Origin: an uncultured Clostridia bacterium
Lineage (GTDB): Bacteria > Bacillota > Clostridia > TANB77 > CAG-508
Direction: 5' to 3'
Assembly (NCBI GenBank): GCA_934169725.1
Contig: CAKPOF010000002.1
Coordinates: forward strand, 73,986-137,985
DNA: 64,000 nt
Shown here: piece by piece, positions 61,152 to 64,000 of the stretch
Layout: the number at the start of each line of letters is the position of its first letter
How positions within the stretch are numbered: the stretch's first letter is position 1
Translations under genes and position numbers: made by a program
Notes under the pieces: generated by a model
Told to the model about the DNA's origin: nothing
The model's database searches: none
What the model saw: only the letters and a program-made list of their open reading frames with translations

Positions 61152-61171
61152 TACAATAATATTGGAGAAAA

Positions 61172-62148
61172 TGATGAATTACTTAAAAAAATTAAAAATA
61201 GGAAATGTAGAATTAGAAAATAATTTAATATTAGCACCAATGGCAGGCGTAACCAATAAGCCATTTAGAATAATTTGTAAACAATATGGTGTTGGAATGG
61301 TATGTACAGAAATGGCAAGTGCAAGGGCAATGTACCATAATGACTTAAAAACAAAAAGATTATTAGATACAACAGGAGAAAAAAGACCAATTAGTATGCA
61401 AATATTTGGAAGTGATGAAGAATCAATGGCATATGCTGCCAAAAGTGTTAGTAAAATTGCAGATATATTAGATATAAACATGGGATGTCCGGCACCAAAA
61501 GTTGTAAAAAATGGAGATGGCAGTAAACTATTATTAGATTTAAAAAAGGCAGAAAAAATATTAAAATCTGTTGTAGATAATTCAGAAGTTCCAGTTACAT
61601 TAAAAATAAGAAAAGGCTGGGATAAAGAAAATATTGTTGCTGTTGAGATAGCTCAAATAGCAGAAAGTGTAGGAATTTCAGCAATAACTGTACATGGCAG
61701 AACAAGAAGTGAATTTTATTCGGGAGATGCTGATTGGGACATTATAAAAAAAGTTAAAGAAAATGTAAAAATACCTGTAATAGGAAATGGTGATGTAATA
61801 GATGGAGAAACTGCTAAAAAAATGTTAGAATATACAGGTGTTGATGGAATTATGATAGGTAGAGGAAGCTTTGGGAGACCATGGATATTTAAAGAAATAA
61901 TTGAATATTTAAAAAATGGTGAAGAAATAAAAGAACCTACAAGTAAAGAAAAATTAGAAGTAATAAAAAAACATATACAATTAGCAGTAGAAGAAAAGGG
62001 AGAAATAGCTGTAAAAGAAATGAGAAAACATATTGCTTGGTATACTAAAAATCTAAAAAATTCAAGCGAATTTAGAAGTTCAATTAATAAAATAGAAAGT
62101 GAAAAAGAATTGCTAGATAAAGTAGAAACATATTTTAAAACTTTATAG
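61172..62148 (+). CDS. dusB: tRNA-dihydrouridine synthase
   Basis: LAPMAGVTNKPFR...DINMGCPAPKV... Confidence 0.9.
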
Positions 62149-62257
62149 AATAGTATTTAGAAGAATTATTTATATAAATAATTCTTCTTTTTCTATAATA
62201 TGAAAGTTCGTCAAACTTCATATTACAGAATATTACGCTTTCTTAGGAGGGGATTTT

Positions 62258-62863
62258 TTGAAAATTTTAAAAATAAAAAAAATACCAAAAATATTAATAA
62301 TTCTCATAATATTAATAATATTAATATTTTTTCTAATAAATAAGAGTAAAAAAAATATTATTGGAAATAATAAAAACAGTCAAGATATAATTAATAATAT
62401 TTTAAATATTAGCTCATATGAAGCAACAATAGATTTAGAAGTAAATAGTAATAAAAATAGCAATACATATACACTAAAACAAAAATACATATATCCTAAT
62501 CAATATGAACAAGAAATAATAGAACCAGAAGATATGAGAGGTATAAAAATAATAGCTAAAGAAAATGAAATAAAATTAGAAAATCCAAAAATAGAAATTA
62601 ATAAAACATATAAAGATAACAAATATGAAGATAATTATATAAATTTGTATACATTTATAAAAAAATATAAGGAAAGTGAAAACGCAAAAAGTAAAGAAAT
62701 AAATAATGAAATAGTGCTTAGTATGGAAGAAGATAATAAATACTGTAAATATGTATCATTATATATAGACAAAAGCACGGAAAAACCGATTAAACTAGAA
62801 ATAAAGAATGATAACAAAAAAACATTAATCTACATATTATATAAAGAAGTAAAGTTAACTTAA
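62258..62863 (+). CDS. Hypothetical secreted or membrane-anchored protein
   Basis: N-terminal TM/signal anchor; no recognisable motif. Confidence 0.45.
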   Translation: MKILKIKKIPKILIILIILIILIFFLINKSKKNIIGNNKNSQDIINNILNISSYEATIDLEVNSNKNSNTYTLKQKYIYPNQYEQEIIEPEDMRGIKIIAKENEIKLENPKIEINKTYKDNKYEDNYINLYTFIKKYKESENAKSKEINNEIVLSMEEDNKYCKYVSLYIDKSTEKPIKLEIKNDNKKTLIYILYKEVKLT

Positions 62864-62936
62864 TATAACTTTACAATTACTAATATTTAAAGTAAAAAAT
62901 AAACTTGATAAATACTAATAATAGGAGTGAAAATTA

Positions 62937-63287
62937 ATGGTAATAAAAAGAGGAGATATGTTTTATGCAGATTTGAGTCCTGTTATAGGATCAGAACAAG
63001 GTGGAATACGTCCAGTACTAATAATTCAAAACGATTTAGGGAATAAATATAGTCCAACAGTAATAGCTGCAGCAATTACCTCACAAACAGGAAAAACAAA
63101 ATTACCAACACATATAGAAATTGAATCAGAAACATGTGGATTAAAAAGTAATTCTGTTGTTTTAACAGAACAAATAAGAACTATAGATAAAAGTAGATTA
63201 AAAGAAAAAATAGGTCATATAACAGATGAAAAAATAATAAATAAAGTTAATAATGCTCTAGGCGTTAGTTTTGGATTAGAAGAATAG
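62937..63287 (+). CDS. mazF: MazF/PemK/EndoA-family type II toxin endoribonuclease
   Basis: [33 protein letters not shown]...[10 protein letters not shown]... full-length EndoA/MazF similarity. Confidence 0.85.
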   Translation: MVIKRGDMFYADLSPVIGSEQGGIRPVLIIQNDLGNKYSPTVIAAAITSQTGKTKLPTHIEIESETCGLKSNSVVLTEQIRTIDKSRLKEKIGHITDEKIINKVNNALGVSFGLEE

Positions 63288-63363
63288 TAAATGTAAAAAA
63301 GTAATCTAGTTTTAGATTACTTTTTAAGTGCTGTGTTACAATTCGTAATTCTAAATATTTATA

Positions 63364-63508
63364 AAATTTGATACTATATTGTTTTTTTATACATTTGTGT
63401 CGCAAACCACATATTAAAATTATTGGTATGTAGTTTGCTCCAATTCGCACTCACTATTGTTCGTTTGATCACTTACGCGGTATTTAAAAACAATATAGTA
63501 TCAAATTT
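63364..63508 (+). repeat. Intergenic repeat element, copy 7 (full, with a perfect 23-bp TIR)
   Basis: aaatttgatactatattgttttttt ... aaaaacaatatagtatcaaattt; core tatacatttgtgtcgc; hairpin caaaccacatat..atgtagtttg; tccaattcgcactcactattgttcgtttgatcacttacgcggtat. Confidence 0.85.
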
Positions 63509-63556
63509 AGAAATGATTTATTTCATAAACTGTGAATTTTAACACAGCAAGTAAAA

Positions 63557-64000
63557 TTAAATTTTTAATTTTTTTATAGATTTAATTTCAGAATACAAGT
63601 TATCTATAATAGCTTTCCTTGTATTATAAGCATTAAGATATTCTTCATGAATTGAATTATAATTTTCAATTGTTTCTCCAGGTTTTAATAACATTTTTAT
63701 ATATTCTAGATAATATTCTTTATCATTTTCTTTAACAGCAGTATCCATTTTTTGTTGATATTTATTAATTTTTTTAAATCTTTTTAATTCTTTTTCTAAA
63801 TTGTCAACATAGCTTTGAGTACATGTTATTTCATATCCAATATCATCAATAACTACTTTAAATAGAGTACGAACAATTAGAGGATTAGTTTTACCAAGTT
63901 TGGCATTATCAGACATTTGCTTTAATGTTCCAGAATAATCAGGTGTTGTAGAAGGTTTTGCTTCATCTAATAATATTTTTAATGTATCTGATATACCAAC
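63557..64000 (-). CDS. Hypothetical protein; reading frame continues past the window end
   Basis: Open frame through position 64000 (…LKQMSDNAKLGKTNPL…); no motif recognised. Confidence 0.4.
   Translation of the reverse strand, partial: VGISDTLKILLDEAKPSTTPDYSGTLKQMSDNAKLGKTNPLIVRTLFKVVIDDIGYEITCTQSYVDNLEKELKRFKKINKYQQKMDTAVKENDKEYYLEYIKMLLKPGETIENYNSIHEEYLNAYNTRKAIIDNLYSEIKSIKKLKI

Noticed and set aside
63265-63450. Small minus-strand ORF as a candidate mazE antitoxin
   Set aside because: Wrong strand and position, overlaps the repeat element, and has no antitoxin-like features.

Overview
This window is an AT-rich (roughly 25-28% GC) chromosomal segment from a spore-forming Firmicute (Clostridia-like), densely coding and mostly on the + strand. 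I found no rRNA, tRNA or CRISPR.

Core content:
- Housekeeping genes: sigA 3' end, an MscS channel, an OmpR/HK two-component pair, nifS, the ribosomal pairs rplM-rpsI and rpsF-ssb-rpsR, rpsT, hup, aspS with a T-box leader, rpiB, hslO, ppaC, smc, a P-type Ca-ATPase, minD-minE-rodA-dusB and mazF.
- Sporulation genes: spoIIID, yabG, veg, a LysM coat-like protein, yunB, spoVB-like (frameshifted), ytaF, spo0A and spoIVFA/spoIVFB.

Three things stand out.
- A short intergenic repeat family of about 145 bp with 22-25 bp AT-rich terminal inverted repeats, a conserved core and a hairpin that varies between copies while keeping its base-pairing. It has 5 full and 2 truncated copies, all in the same orientation. 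I do not recognise it as a known element.
- A decayed accessory island (about 20.5-27.1 kb) bounded by an IS30-family transposase and a degenerate IS3. It holds the remnant of a diversity-generating retroelement: a GC-rich target gene whose 3' end looks like a variable region, a downstream hairpin, avd, and an RT truncated after about 85 aa. Beside it are an NrtR/NUDIX fragment, an AbiEii pseudogene and a truncated HAD nucleotidase.
- Two paralogous genes encoding a prepilin-like N-terminus (Ala at +5); one carries an FGE-sulfatase/C-type-lectin-fold C-terminal domain, which is the fold DGRs diversify. Each sits directly downstream of a copy of the repeat element, and one lies beside a sortase plus a thioester-domain LPVTG adhesin.

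Smaller observations: a WecA/TagO-like transferase with a fused or overlapping C-terminal rubredoxin, a mazF with no adjacent antitoxin, a MinE with a long K/E-rich tail and no minC upstream of minD, a GT-C-like/GT2 glycosylation pair, and interrupted spoVB, wecA and IS3 orfB reading frames.
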